64,000 nt of DNA, taken from assembly GCA_902521005.1 (NCBI GenBank), contig CABYPZ010000002.1, positions 33,131-97,130 of the forward strand, in the 5' to 3' direction. Positions 9,535-19,388 of the stretch are shown piece by piece. How positions within the stretch are numbered: position 1 is the first letter of the stretch; each line of letters opens with the position of its first letter. The notes under the pieces are model-generated. The model worked only from the letters and a program-made list of their open reading frames with translations. It was not told the DNA's origin and made no database searches. This DNA is from an uncultured Pelagibacteraceae bacterium. Lineage in GTDB: Bacteria > Pseudomonadota > Alphaproteobacteria > Pelagibacterales > Pelagibacteraceae. The position numbers and the translations under genes are program-made.

Positions 9535-10860
9535 ATGAAAAATATTTTATTGATTCAGAATAAGATCAATAGCTTTAATAATTCTATAAATGTGAGTGGG
9601 GATAAAAGTTTATCTATAAGATGGGCAATTATGTCTGCTCAAGCATTAGGAAAATCAAAAGCATTTAACTTATTAAACTCAGAAGACGTTAATAATGCTT
9701 TAATAGCTATTAAAAAATTAGGTATTAAAGTAGTTAAAAAAAAAGACTATTGCGAAATATTTGGCAAAGGTTTAAATGGATTTTCTTTTAGTAACAATAC
9801 TACAATTAATGCTCAAAATTCAGGTACATTTGCAAGACTTATCCTAGGTGTCTTAGCAAAAACTAAAAAAAAAATAATTTTAAAGGGTGACAGAAGCTTA
9901 TCAAATAGAGATTTTTCAAGAGTCATTGAACCTTTGAATAAATTTGGTGTCAAAATTATTTCAAAAAAAAATAAGCTACCACTTAAAGTTTGTGGAACTG
10001 AGTATTTAAGACCAATAACCTTTGAAGAATATAAAGGAAGTGCTCAAGTCAAAAGTTGTATAATGCTAGCAGCTTTAAATACACCTGGTATAACAAAAAT
10101 AAAGTGTAAACCTTCAAGAAACCATACTGAATTATTATTCAAACATTTAAAACTAAATATAAACATTCAAAAAAAAAATAGTTATGACGTAATTAAGATT
10201 AAAGGTGGCAAACAATATAAAGGTTTTAATTATATTATACCTGGCGATATTAGCTCTGCTTCTTTTTTTATAGTTTTAACACTATTATCTAAAAATTCAA
10301 AATTAGTTATTAAAAATATAAATGTAAATGAAACTAGAACAGGAATTATTGATATTTTAAAAAAAATGAATGGAAAAATTTTTTTAAAAAATAAAAGATA
10401 TTATAAAGGAGAAAAAGTGGCTGATATACATGTAATAAGTTCTAATAAATTAAAATCAATAAATTGTCCTAAAGAAATAAACAGTAGACTGATAGATGAA
10501 CTCCCTTTGATATTTCTTGTGTGTGCAAAAGCTAAAGGAATTTCTAGATTTGAAAATTTAGATGAGTTAAGACATAAAGAAAGTGATAGACTAAAGTTAT
10601 CTTCAAAATTTTTAAATATGTTGGGTATTAAAAATGAGGTAAATATAAACTCGTTTAAAATAAAAGGAAATCCAAACTTACTTTTATCAAAAAACTTTAC
10701 TGTTAAAGATTATTTTAAAGATCATAGAATTTTTATGCTATCTTGTATAGCTGCTTTAACTTTAGGGGGCACATGGAAAATTCATGATAAAAACTCTGTT
10801 AACACATCTTTTCCAAATTTTTTGAAAACTTTAAAAGAATTAGGGGGAAAATTTAGATAA
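9535..10860 (+). CDS. aroA: EPSP synthase
   Basis: GDKSLSIR, NSGT, SAQVKS, RNHTE, PGDISSA, KESDR, DHRI. Confidence 0.95.
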   Translation: MKNILLIQNKINSFNNSINVSGDKSLSIRWAIMSAQALGKSKAFNLLNSEDVNNALIAIKKLGIKVVKKKDYCEIFGKGLNGFSFSNNTTINAQNSGTFARLILGVLAKTKKKIILKGDRSLSNRDFSRVIEPLNKFGVKIISKKNKLPLKVCGTEYLRPITFEEYKGSAQVKSCIMLAALNTPGITKIKCKPSRNHTELLFKHLKLNINIQKKNSYDVIKIKGGKQYKGFNYIIPGDISSASFFIVLTLLSKNSKLVIKNINVNETRTGIIDILKKMNGKIFLKNKRYYKGEKVADIHVISSNKLKSINCPKEINSRLIDELPLIFLVCAKAKGISRFENLDELRHKESDRLKLSSKFLNMLGIKNEVNINSFKIKGNPNLLLSKNFTVKDYFKDHRIFMLSCIAALTLGGTWKIHDKNSVNTSFPNFLKTLKELGGKFR

Positions 10861-11520
10861 ATGATCAAAAAATTTAAATTTTCTATTGCAGTTGATGGTA
10901 GTAGTGCATCAGGAAAAAGTACTGGTAGCAAATATATATCAAAACATTTTGGTTTTAATCTTTTATCTTCTGGAAAACTTTATAGATATTTGGCATATAA
11001 AATCATCCAAAATAAAAATAATTACAATGATAAATTTATTAAAAAAATATCAGGATCTATAAATATTAAAAAATTACGTAGTAAAAATCTTTATTTGCCA
11101 GATGTTACAAAATTGGCCTCATCAATCGCAAAAAAAAAATACATTAGAGATCATTTAAAGAAATTTCAAACTGACTTTATCAAGAAAAATTCCAAAGTGA
11201 TTATAGAAGGTAGAGATATTGCATCAAAAATTATGCCAAATGCTGATTTAAAATTTTTTTTTAAATGTTCATTAGATGAAAAAGCAAAAAGAAGATTAAA
11301 AGAGTTTAAAAAGTTAAATAATAAGATTAAGCTGAAAGATGTTAAAAAAGCATTAAAAATAAGAGATTATAACGATAAAAATAGAAAAGAAAGCCCTTTG
11401 CTTTTTACAAAAGGTGCTGTATTAGTTGACACCACTAAATTAAATTTAAGTCAAATGAGGCTAAAATTAATGAAAATAGTGAAAAAGGAGATTAATAAAA
11501 AAAAATATGGAAGTTTATAA
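10861..11520 (+). CDS. cmk: Cytidylate kinase
   Basis: DGSSASGKST, SGKLYR, EGRDI. Confidence 0.95.
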   Translation: MIKKFKFSIAVDGSSASGKSTGSKYISKHFGFNLLSSGKLYRYLAYKIIQNKNNYNDKFIKKISGSINIKKLRSKNLYLPDVTKLASSIAKKKYIRDHLKKFQTDFIKKNSKVIIEGRDIASKIMPNADLKFFFKCSLDEKAKRRLKEFKKLNNKIKLKDVKKALKIRDYNDKNRKESPLLFTKGAVLVDTTKLNLSQMRLKLMKIVKKEINKKKYGSL

Positions 11521-13240
11521 AGATTTGTCCTCGCAGGCTGTTAAAGAGTTTGAAAACTTACTTAATAGTCAGATGTCTAAAGTTAAAATTGAAGAAGGCA
11601 AAATTATAAATGGTACAGTAACTAAAATAAGTGAAAAATTTGTTTTCCTTTTTGTAGAAGGTTTAAAATCAGAACCAGTATTAGATATTAACGAAATTAA
11701 AACTCTTAATTTATTAGATAAATTAAAAGTAGGATCTAAGTTACCAGTATTATTAGAAAAAATTGAAGATAAAAATGGTGAAGTTATAGTTTCTGCAACC
11801 AAAGCTCAAAAAATTAAAGGATGGCAAGAACTTGAAAAAGCGTTTGAAAAAAACGAACCTATAATTGGTCGTATTCAAAGTAAATGTAAAGGTGGAGTTA
11901 TAGTAGAACACATTGATACCGGGTCTCTAATGTTTTGTCCTGGAAGTCAGATAAGTGACAAGCCTTTAAAAGATATTTCACACTTAATGAATGAACCACA
12001 AAAATTTGCTTTAATAAAACTTGATAAAGTTAGAGGTAACGCGTGTGTTTCCAGAAGACAAATTGTTTCTTCAAATAAAAAAGAAGATAAAGCAAAAATT
12101 ATTGAGAAATACAAAGTTGGAGATATTATAAAAAATGCAGTTGTTAAAGGATACAGTTCTTTTGGTTGTTTCTTTGATGTAAACAATGGGGAGCTCGATG
12201 TGTTAGTTCATTTACAAGAAATTTCTTACTCTAGAGTAAATCATCCAGATGAAATTTTTAATATAGGTGAAAAACACGATTTGTTAGTAATTACTGTGGA
12301 TAAAGAAAAATTACAAGTGGGTTGTTCAATTAAACAATTATCTCCAGATCCATTTGAACACATAAGTAATTATGAATTAAACAAAAAATATAAAGTTAAA
12401 GTAGTAAAAATAACTGATTATGGATGTTTCTGTGAGTTGGAACCAGGTTTGAGTACATTGCTTCATTCAAGCGAACTGAGTTGGAACAAAAAAAATATTT
12501 CAGCTAAAAAAATGTTTAGAATAGGCGATGAAATAGACTGTGTTATTACAGAGATAGATAAAGAAAAAAGAAGAGTTGCAATTTCACATAAATTAACTAC
12601 TGAAAATCCCTTTAAAACTTTAGAGAGAGATGTTGGTGTTGGGGGTAAAATTGAAGGAACAATTTCATCAATCAATGACTACGCAATTTATCTTAAATTG
12701 AATCAATATGATTTAGATGCTTTCCTTCACGCAAATGATATTTCATACCAGGGTAAACCGGAAGAAGAATTAAAAAGATATAAAAAAGGTGAAAATTTAA
12801 CTGTTAAAATACTTGAGATAAAAGTTGAAGAGCAAAAGCTAAGGGTGGGTCTTAAACAGACTAAAACTGATCCTTTTGATTGGTTCTCTGATAAAAAAAT
12901 TAACGATGTAATAACAGTTAAAGTAGTTTCATCAGACAGCAAAGGTTTGTATGTTAAGCCAGAAGGATGTGACTTGGAATTTATGATTAAGAAAAATCAA
13001 ATTGCAATTAACAATGCTGATGCGAGACCTTCAAGATTTCTTGGGGGAGAAAGAATAGACGCAGCTATTTCAGAGCTAAATTTTAATCAAAGAAAGGTCA
13101 ATTTAAGTATTAAATTACTTGAGGAATTACAAAATAAAGAAGCTGTCTCTAAATTTTCGTCGCCTCTTTCAGGAAAAAATCTACCTTTTTCTTCACTTTC
13201 GGATAAATTAGAGGATAAAAAAACTAATAAAAAAGAATAA
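11507..13240 (+). CDS. rpsA: 30S ribosomal protein S1
   Basis: Six S1 repeats; follows cmk. Confidence 0.93.
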   Translation: MEVYKDLSSQAVKEFENLLNSQMSKVKIEEGKIINGTVTKISEKFVFLFVEGLKSEPVLDINEIKTLNLLDKLKVGSKLPVLLEKIEDKNGEVIVSATKAQKIKGWQELEKAFEKNEPIIGRIQSKCKGGVIVEHIDTGSLMFCPGSQISDKPLKDISHLMNEPQKFALIKLDKVRGNACVSRRQIVSSNKKEDKAKIIEKYKVGDIIKNAVVKGYSSFGCFFDVNNGELDVLVHLQEISYSRVNHPDEIFNIGEKHDLLVITVDKEKLQVGCSIKQLSPDPFEHISNYELNKKYKVKVVKITDYGCFCELEPGLSTLLHSSELSWNKKNISAKKMFRIGDEIDCVITEIDKEKRRVAISHKLTTENPFKTLERDVGVGGKIEGTISSINDYAIYLKLNQYDLDAFLHANDISYQGKPEEELKRYKKGENLTVKILEIKVEEQKLRVGLKQTKTDPFDWFSDKKINDVITVKVVSSDSKGLYVKPEGCDLEFMIKKNQIAINNADARPSRFLGGERIDAAISELNFNQRKVNLSIKLLEELQNKEAVSKFSSPLSGKNLPFSSLSDKLEDKKTNKKE

Positions 13241-13245
13241 ATTAA

Positions 13246-13536
13246 TTGGTCTCAAATAAGTCAGATATCTTAAAAATTTTATCCAATAACTACCCTAATT
13301 TTTTAAAAAAAGATCTTTCAAAATTTATAGAAATTGTACTTAATGAAATACAAGATGCTTTGAGACGTGATGAAAGAATAGAACTTAGAGATAACTTTAC
13401 TTTAGAGGGAAAAATTCAAAAAGCAAGAATTGCTAGAAATCCTAAAACAAATGAAAAAATTAATATTCAAGAAAAAAAGTTAATCAAATTTAAAATGTCA
13501 AAAGAATGGTTTAAAAAAATAAATGAAAAAATATAA
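13246..13536 (+). CDS. ihfB: Integration host factor beta / HU family (TTG start)
   Basis: RIELR, ARNPKTNE, FKMSK; rpsA-ihfB-pyrF synteny. Confidence 0.82.
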   Translation: MVSNKSDILKILSNNYPNFLKKDLSKFIEIVLNEIQDALRRDERIELRDNFTLEGKIQKARIARNPKTNEKINIQEKKLIKFKMSKEWFKKINEKI

Positions 13537-14215
13537 AGTATTTGTTGCTTGTGATACATCTAATATAAATCTTGTAAGGAAAATAATTCAAAATACTAAA
13601 AATAGAAAAATAGAAATTATACCCAAGTTTGGATTGCAGTTTTTTTATAGCAAAAATGGAAGAAAATTTTTAGAAAAATTTAAAGGTAATTTTTTCTTGG
13701 ATCTGAAGTTAAATGACATTAGCACAACTGCTAAAGCTGCAATAAATTCTATTCAAGACCTTAAGAGATGCAGATATATAACAATTCATGCAAATGGCGG
13801 ATTTGAAATGATGAAGGCAGTCAAAAAAGAAGCCAAAAAAGTAAACAAAAATTTAAAAATTTTGGGCGTAACAGTATTGACCAGTCTTAATAATAGATCT
13901 TTAAGGGAGACTGGTCATACAAAAAACATAAATCAGATAGTTAGAAAACAAGCTAGTTTAATTAAAAAATCAGGATGTCATGGAATTGTTTGTTCTGCAC
14001 AAGAAGCTAAATTTATTAAAATGAAATACAAGAATTTGTTTGTTGTAACACCTGGAATAAGATTGCCTGGAGATAAAAAAGATGATCAGTCTAGAGTAGT
14101 TACACCTTTTGATGCATTTGTCAAAAACCAGGCAGATGCAATTGTCATGGGTCGATCATTGACAAAGAATAATATTAAAAAAAATATTCAAAATTTAATT
14201 AATCATATTTATTAA
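13523..14215 (+). CDS. pyrF: Orotidine-5'-phosphate decarboxylase
   Basis: FLDLKLNDI, VTVLTS, TPGIR, DDQSR, MGR. Confidence 0.95.
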   Translation: MKKYKVFVACDTSNINLVRKIIQNTKNRKIEIIPKFGLQFFYSKNGRKFLEKFKGNFFLDLKLNDISTTAKAAINSIQDLKRCRYITIHANGGFEMMKAVKKEAKKVNKNLKILGVTVLTSLNNRSLRETGHTKNINQIVRKQASLIKKSGCHGIVCSAQEAKFIKMKYKNLFVVTPGIRLPGDKKDDQSRVVTPFDAFVKNQADAIVMGRSLTKNNIKKNIQNLINHIY

Positions 14216-14832
14216 TGATTAAGGGAATTAAAATTTGTGGGATCTCCGATCCAAAAACTTTAAATTATATTATTAACCATGCTTATCCACCAAAATTTAT
14301 CGGTTTCATTACAAATTTTAAAAAAAGTAAAAGATTTGTTGATTATAGTATTTTAAAAAAATTATTAAATGTTGATAAAAAAAATATAAATTTTGTGTCT
14401 GTATTGGTAAATCCAAATGATGAAATTCTAGAAAAAATTAAAGATATGAAATTTGATTATTATCAACTTTATAATGTAGCTCCTGAGAGAACAATGGAAA
14501 TAAAAAAAAAATACAAAAAAAAAATAATATCAGCTCTTACAGTTTTTAATAAAAAAGATGTAGATAAATATAAAAAGTATCAGAAAATATCTGAAATTAT
14601 TTTATTTGATGGAAAAGGTTATGAAAAATCTATTGGCTTTGATCATAAATTATTAAATAATTTGCCTTGCTCTTTAAATAAAATGATTGCTGGAAATATA
14701 AAAATAAATGATATTCCTCATTTAAAAAATAAAGAGTATTTTATTGATTTATCTGGTGGATTAGAAAATAACTATGGAAAAAAAGATATTAAAAAAATTA
14801 ATAAGTTATTAAATTCAGTGGCGAAAATATGA
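14215..14832 (+). CDS. trpF: Phosphoribosylanthranilate isomerase
   Basis: IKICGI, SKRFV, IDLSGGLE, KD; upstream of trpBA. Confidence 0.9.
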   Translation: MIKGIKICGISDPKTLNYIINHAYPPKFIGFITNFKKSKRFVDYSILKKLLNVDKKNINFVSVLVNPNDEILEKIKDMKFDYYQLYNVAPERTMEIKKKYKKKIISALTVFNKKDVDKYKKYQKISEIILFDGKGYEKSIGFDHKLLNNLPCSLNKMIAGNIKINDIPHLKNKEYFIDLSGGLENNYGKKDIKKINKLLNSVAKI

Positions 14833-16064
14833 AATTGAGAAAAAAAATTCCGGTAATCGATCAAGGTAATAATCTTGGTTTTTGGGGTGGAAAATTTGGT
14901 GGAAATTTTGTCCCTGAAACATTAAAGAAACCAATTGAGGACTTAGAAATATTATTTAATAAATTAAAAAATGATAAAAAATTTATCAAAGAGAGAGACA
15001 AGTATTTTAAAAATTGGATAGGCTCTCCAACAAGATTTATAAAATTGAATAATCTAACAGAACATATTGGGGGTGCACAAATATGGTCTAAAGTAGTTTC
15101 AGATGCCAATGGAGGTGCACATAAAATATATAATGCTACAGTGCATTGTTTGTTAGCAAAAAGATCTGGTAAAAAAATGATTTGTGGTGATACAGGAGCT
15201 GGGTATGCGGGCAAAATGCTAAGCATGGCAGCAAAAAAATTTGGATTAAAATGTAAGATTTTCATGGGTGCAAAAGATATACAAAGACAACAACCAAATG
15301 TAAGAGCTATGAAAAAAAATGGAGCAGAAGTTGTGCCAGTTTATTCAGGAAGTCAAACTCTTGTAGACGCTGTTTCAGAATGTATGAGATATTGGGTAGC
15401 AAACTGTGATAAAACAGCAATGTGCGTAGGAAGTACAGTTGGTCCAGCAGTTTTTGTTCGAATATGTGGATGGAGTACAAGTCAAATTTCTAGAGAACTT
15501 AAAGTCCAATTATTGGATGAATTTGGTTCCATTCCAAAAAAAATAAAACTTTATAATTGTGTTGGTGGAGGTTCATCAAGTTTTGGGTTTTGGAATGAAT
15601 TTATGGATTATGATAAAAAACAAATTGAATTTATAGGAGTCGAGGCTGGAGGACCTGCCAAAAGTAAAAAACATGCAGCACCTTTAACTTATGGATCTAA
15701 AATTGGAATTCTGCATGGAGCAGCTCAGTATGTGAATCAAAATAACGATGGACAAATAGAAGAAACTGAATCTATTTCTGCTGGGTTGGACTATCCTGGA
15801 ATATCTCCACTTCATTGTTTTTTGAAAGATACTAAAAGAGCAAGATATACCGCTGCTAGTGATGAAGAAGCTTTGAATGCGTATAAACTTGTTACTCAAT
15901 TTGAAGATCTCAGGCCGTCATTAGAACCGTGTCATGCATTTTATGTTGCTATAAAAGAGTCAAAAAAATTTAGTAAAGATACAATTGTTATAGTTAACAG
16001 TTGTGGAGACGCATACAAAGATCGAGAAATTTTAAAAAAAAGATTAGGAAAAAAGTATGTTTAA
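14829..16064 (+). CDS. trpB: Tryptophan synthase beta chain (divergent active site)
   Basis: FGGNFVPETL, GAHK (PLP Lys), TGAG, VGGGS, SISAGLDYPG; in trpFBA. Confidence 0.9.
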   Translation: MKLRKKIPVIDQGNNLGFWGGKFGGNFVPETLKKPIEDLEILFNKLKNDKKFIKERDKYFKNWIGSPTRFIKLNNLTEHIGGAQIWSKVVSDANGGAHKIYNATVHCLLAKRSGKKMICGDTGAGYAGKMLSMAAKKFGLKCKIFMGAKDIQRQQPNVRAMKKNGAEVVPVYSGSQTLVDAVSECMRYWVANCDKTAMCVGSTVGPAVFVRICGWSTSQISRELKVQLLDEFGSIPKKIKLYNCVGGGSSSFGFWNEFMDYDKKQIEFIGVEAGGPAKSKKHAAPLTYGSKIGILHGAAQYVNQNNDGQIEETESISAGLDYPGISPLHCFLKDTKRARYTAASDEEALNAYKLVTQFEDLRPSLEPCHAFYVAIKESKKFSKDTIVIVNSCGDAYKDREILKKRLGKKYV

Positions 16065-16857
16065 TCTTATTAATTCTGCGTTCAAAAAAGCAAAACAAGA
16101 AAATAGACCCGCTTTATTAACCTATACAGTAGCGGGAGATAGTTCAGAAAAGCAATCTTTGGAAATACTAAAATCTATATCAAGTCATGCTGATATTCTT
16201 GAAGTAGGTGTACCTCACAATACTCCTGTAGCAGATGGAAGCCAAATTCAAACTAGTGCCTATCGAGCAATTAAAGGTGGTATTAAAATAAAAAATATTT
16301 TTAAAATTGTAAAAGATTTTACAAAAAATAAAAATTCAAAACCAATAATATTGATGGGTTATTATAATATGATCTATCAATATGGAGAAAATAAATTTTT
16401 AAATGATTGTAAAAAAAGTGGAGTAAGTGGGTTAATTGTTGTTGATTTACCTTGGCCAGAAAACAAAGTTTTTGCAAAAAAATGCAAAAAAAAATTAATA
16501 TGTTTTGTTCAATTAATTTCTCCCACAACATCAAATAAGAGACTTAAAAATATTATTCGCGACTCACATAGTATGCTTTATTATATAAGTATGCTTTCTA
16601 CTACAGGAGGTAAACTGAAAGTATCTCCAAAAAAAATATTATTAAATTATAATAAAATTAAAAAAATAAATAAAAAAAAGAATATCGTAATAGGATTTGG
16701 TATTACTGAGAAATCAATTAAAAATTTAAGTGCTGCTGATGGATTAGTCGTAGGAAGCGCAATTTGCAAGGAAATTACTAGAAGTTTAATTAGTAGACAA
16801 AATCCTGTCACAAATATAGTTAGATTAGTAAGAAAATTAAAAAATATAAATTTATGA
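16057..16857 (+). CDS. trpA: Tryptophan synthase alpha chain
   Basis: EVGVP, PVADG, MGYYN, VDLP, GFGI, DGLVVGSA. Confidence 0.95.
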   Translation: MFNLINSAFKKAKQENRPALLTYTVAGDSSEKQSLEILKSISSHADILEVGVPHNTPVADGSQIQTSAYRAIKGGIKIKNIFKIVKDFTKNKNSKPIILMGYYNMIYQYGENKFLNDCKKSGVSGLIVVDLPWPENKVFAKKCKKKLICFVQLISPTTSNKRLKNIIRDSHSMLYYISMLSTTGGKLKVSPKKILLNYNKIKKINKKKNIVIGFGITEKSIKNLSAADGLVVGSAICKEITRSLISRQNPVTNIVRLVRKLKNINL

Positions 16858-17783
16858 ACTGGTTAACAAAAGCAAAAAATTTTGGCGAAAAAATAAAGAA
16901 AGTACTGAAAAAGAGACCGTCAAAAGAAGATATGGAAAATTCTGATTGGACTAGCTGTTGTAAGGGACCAGTTTTAAAAAAAGATCTTGAGGATAATTTA
17001 TGGGTATGTGGCTCGTGTGGCAAACATCATAGAATTAGTTGTAGGCAAAGGTTTGATATCTTCTTTGGTAAAAACAAATATGAAATTTTAGAAACACCTC
17101 AACCTTCTGAAGACCCATTAAATTGGAAAGATACAAAAAGTTATAAAGTCAGATTATCACTAGCGAGAAAAAAGACTCATCAGAATTGTGCAGTAATGAT
17201 AGCTAAAGGCTCTGTTAATGGAATCCAAGTCACAGCCGGTGCAATTAATTTTGACTTCATAGGTGGTTCAGTTGGTGCTGCTGAAGGAGAAGCCATCATA
17301 TACGGTGTTCAGCATGCTATAGACAATCAAACACCTTATGTTTTTTTTCCATGTGGAGGAGGCCAGAGAATGTTTGAAAGTCCAATTGCGTTGGCTAACA
17401 TGACAAGAACAACTTTAGCCATTAATGAATTAAAAAAAAATAATCTTCCATACATAGTATGTTTTACAGATCCAACTGCAGGAGGTATTACTGCATCATT
17501 TGCAATGTTAGGTGATATTCATTTTGCAGAAAGTGGTTGTTTAATAGCTTTTGCTGGAAAAAGAGTTATTCAAGCAACAGTGAAGGAAGAGTTGAGTCAA
17601 GATTTTCAAACTGCTGAATTTGTAGAAAAACATGGTTTTGTTGATAAAGTAATTCATAGAAAAGATTTATCTAAAGAAATAGGGAATTTACTTGATATAT
17701 TGCTAAAGAAAAATTCTGAGGTAAAGTCTGAGAATCTAAATGAAACTTCAGAACTTATTGTCGAGACTAGAGAAGCATCATAA
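16854..17783 (+). CDS. accD: Acetyl-CoA carboxylase carboxyltransferase beta
   Basis: Zn finger (CC...CGSC), FIGGS, GGGQRMFE, FAGKRVI, GFVD. Confidence 0.93.
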   Translation: MNWLTKAKNFGEKIKKVLKKRPSKEDMENSDWTSCCKGPVLKKDLEDNLWVCGSCGKHHRISCRQRFDIFFGKNKYEILETPQPSEDPLNWKDTKSYKVRLSLARKKTHQNCAVMIAKGSVNGIQVTAGAINFDFIGGSVGAAEGEAIIYGVQHAIDNQTPYVFFPCGGGQRMFESPIALANMTRTTLAINELKKNNLPYIVCFTDPTAGGITASFAMLGDIHFAESGCLIAFAGKRVIQATVKEELSQDFQTAEFVEKHGFVDKVIHRKDLSKEIGNLLDILLKKNSEVKSENLNETSELIVETREAS

Positions 17784-19005
17784 GAAAAAATTAGACCTAT
17801 CTTTAGGTAGAACATTTAATCTTTTAAAAAAATTAGGCAATCCACAGAATAAGTTAGAAAATGTTATTAGTATAGTTGGAACAAACTCTAAAGCATCAAT
17901 GGCGTATTCTCTTCAATCTATTCTTAAACAGAACGGTTATAAGTGTAACTTATATACGTCTCCACACCTTACATCTTATACTGAACGTTTTATATATAAT
18001 GATAAAGAAATAAACGAGGAAAATCTAATAGAATTGATTGAAGATGTGGAGAAAGTTTTAGGAAAAGATAATGCAACAGTATTTGAGATACTGACCTGCA
18101 CATTTATTAAATACGCTGAAAATTTTAAAGATAACATAAATATTATTGAGTCAGGTTTGTTTCATCAGTACGATAGCACAAATGTTTTTAAAGAAAATTT
18201 ATCAACACTTTTAGGTGTTATTCATAATGACCATTTTCAATGGCTACAAAATAAAAGTATAGAAGGCGTTATATATGAGAAAACTAATAAACTTTTAGAC
18301 TCAAATATATTCGTTAATAAACAAGTAAATGAAGATATTAGAAAAAAAATAGAAAAATCATTAGAAAATAATAAATCTAAAAAATACTTTTTTGGTAAAA
18401 ATTTCAATATTTCAAAATCTGAAAATAGTTTTATTCAATATCAAGATGAGTTCGGTGAATTAATTTTGCCACAACCCAATATTTTAGGAGAACATCAGTT
18501 ATACAATATTAGCACTTCTATAGCTGCATCTAGAAAAATCTTTAAGGTTAAAGATGAAAGTATTAAAAAAGGAGTTCAAGAAATTAAACTTAAAGGTCGT
18601 CTTCAAGAAATTAAATCTGGAAAATTAAAAAAACTTGCTGGAAATAATAGACTAATAATTGATGGTGGTCATAATATTTCAGCATCATTTTCAATATCAA
18701 ATTGGGCCAAAACACAAAATGAAGAAGTTAATCTAATTATTGGAATGATGAAAGATAAGGAGCATTATGAATTTGTTAAAGCCTTTGAGACGGTTGTTAA
18801 GTCGATTACCTTAATTGATATTCCAAATAACGAAGGAGCAATTTTTAAGGAGGATTTAAAAAATAAATTAAGTGGTATTAAAATAAAATTTCATCTTTCT
18901 GATAGTATAGAAGAGAGTATAAAATCTTTTTCAGCTCAAGAGAAAAGTATTATTTTATGTGTGGGTTCTTTATATCTTTGTGGTGAAATACTAAAATTAA
19001 ATTAA
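17740..19005 (+). CDS. folC: Folylpolyglutamate synthase/dihydrofolate synthase
   Basis: GTN, YTSPHL, ERF, FE, GRLQ, DGGHN, GSLYL; accD-folC synteny. Confidence 0.9.
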   Translation: MKLQNLLSRLEKHHKKKLDLSLGRTFNLLKKLGNPQNKLENVISIVGTNSKASMAYSLQSILKQNGYKCNLYTSPHLTSYTERFIYNDKEINEENLIELIEDVEKVLGKDNATVFEILTCTFIKYAENFKDNINIIESGLFHQYDSTNVFKENLSTLLGVIHNDHFQWLQNKSIEGVIYEKTNKLLDSNIFVNKQVNEDIRKKIEKSLENNKSKKYFFGKNFNISKSENSFIQYQDEFGELILPQPNILGEHQLYNISTSIAASRKIFKVKDESIKKGVQEIKLKGRLQEIKSGKLKKLAGNNRLIIDGGHNISASFSISNWAKTQNEEVNLIIGMMKDKEHYEFVKAFETVVKSITLIDIPNNEGAIFKEDLKNKLSGIKIKFHLSDSIEESIKSFSAQEKSIILCVGSLYLCGEILKLN

Positions 19006-19322
19006 ATATTTTCTTTTATCCAGGCAACTATATTAGATTTCGTTGTTGCCCCAACCTTTGTAGCTTTCAACTCCCCGTCCTTAAAAAGTAGCATTGTAGG
19101 TATACCACGAATACCATACTTGGTTGGTGTATTAGGCTCATTATCAATATTGTGCTTTGCTATAACTACCTCTTCAGACATTTCATTTGAGATTTCTTCT
19201 AGAGTTGGTGCTATTTGTTTGCATGGTCCACACCATTCAGCCCAGAAATCAACTATAGTTGGTTTAGATGATTTGATTACTTCGTTTTCAAAATTTTCAT
19301 CAGTTACGTTTAATGTAGCCAT
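19002..19322 (-). CDS. trxA: Thioredoxin
   Basis: DFWAEWCGPCK, GIPT. Confidence 0.97.
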   Translation of the reverse strand: MATLNVTDENFENEVIKSSKPTIVDFWAEWCGPCKQIAPTLEEISNEMSEEVVIAKHNIDNEPNTPTKYGIRGIPTMLLFKDGELKATKVGATTKSNIVAWIKENI

Positions 19323-19388
19323 AAGATCTATATATTGAGAATTAAATTTTAATCAATAGTAAAAAAAAATTTTTTTTCATTATCCACA

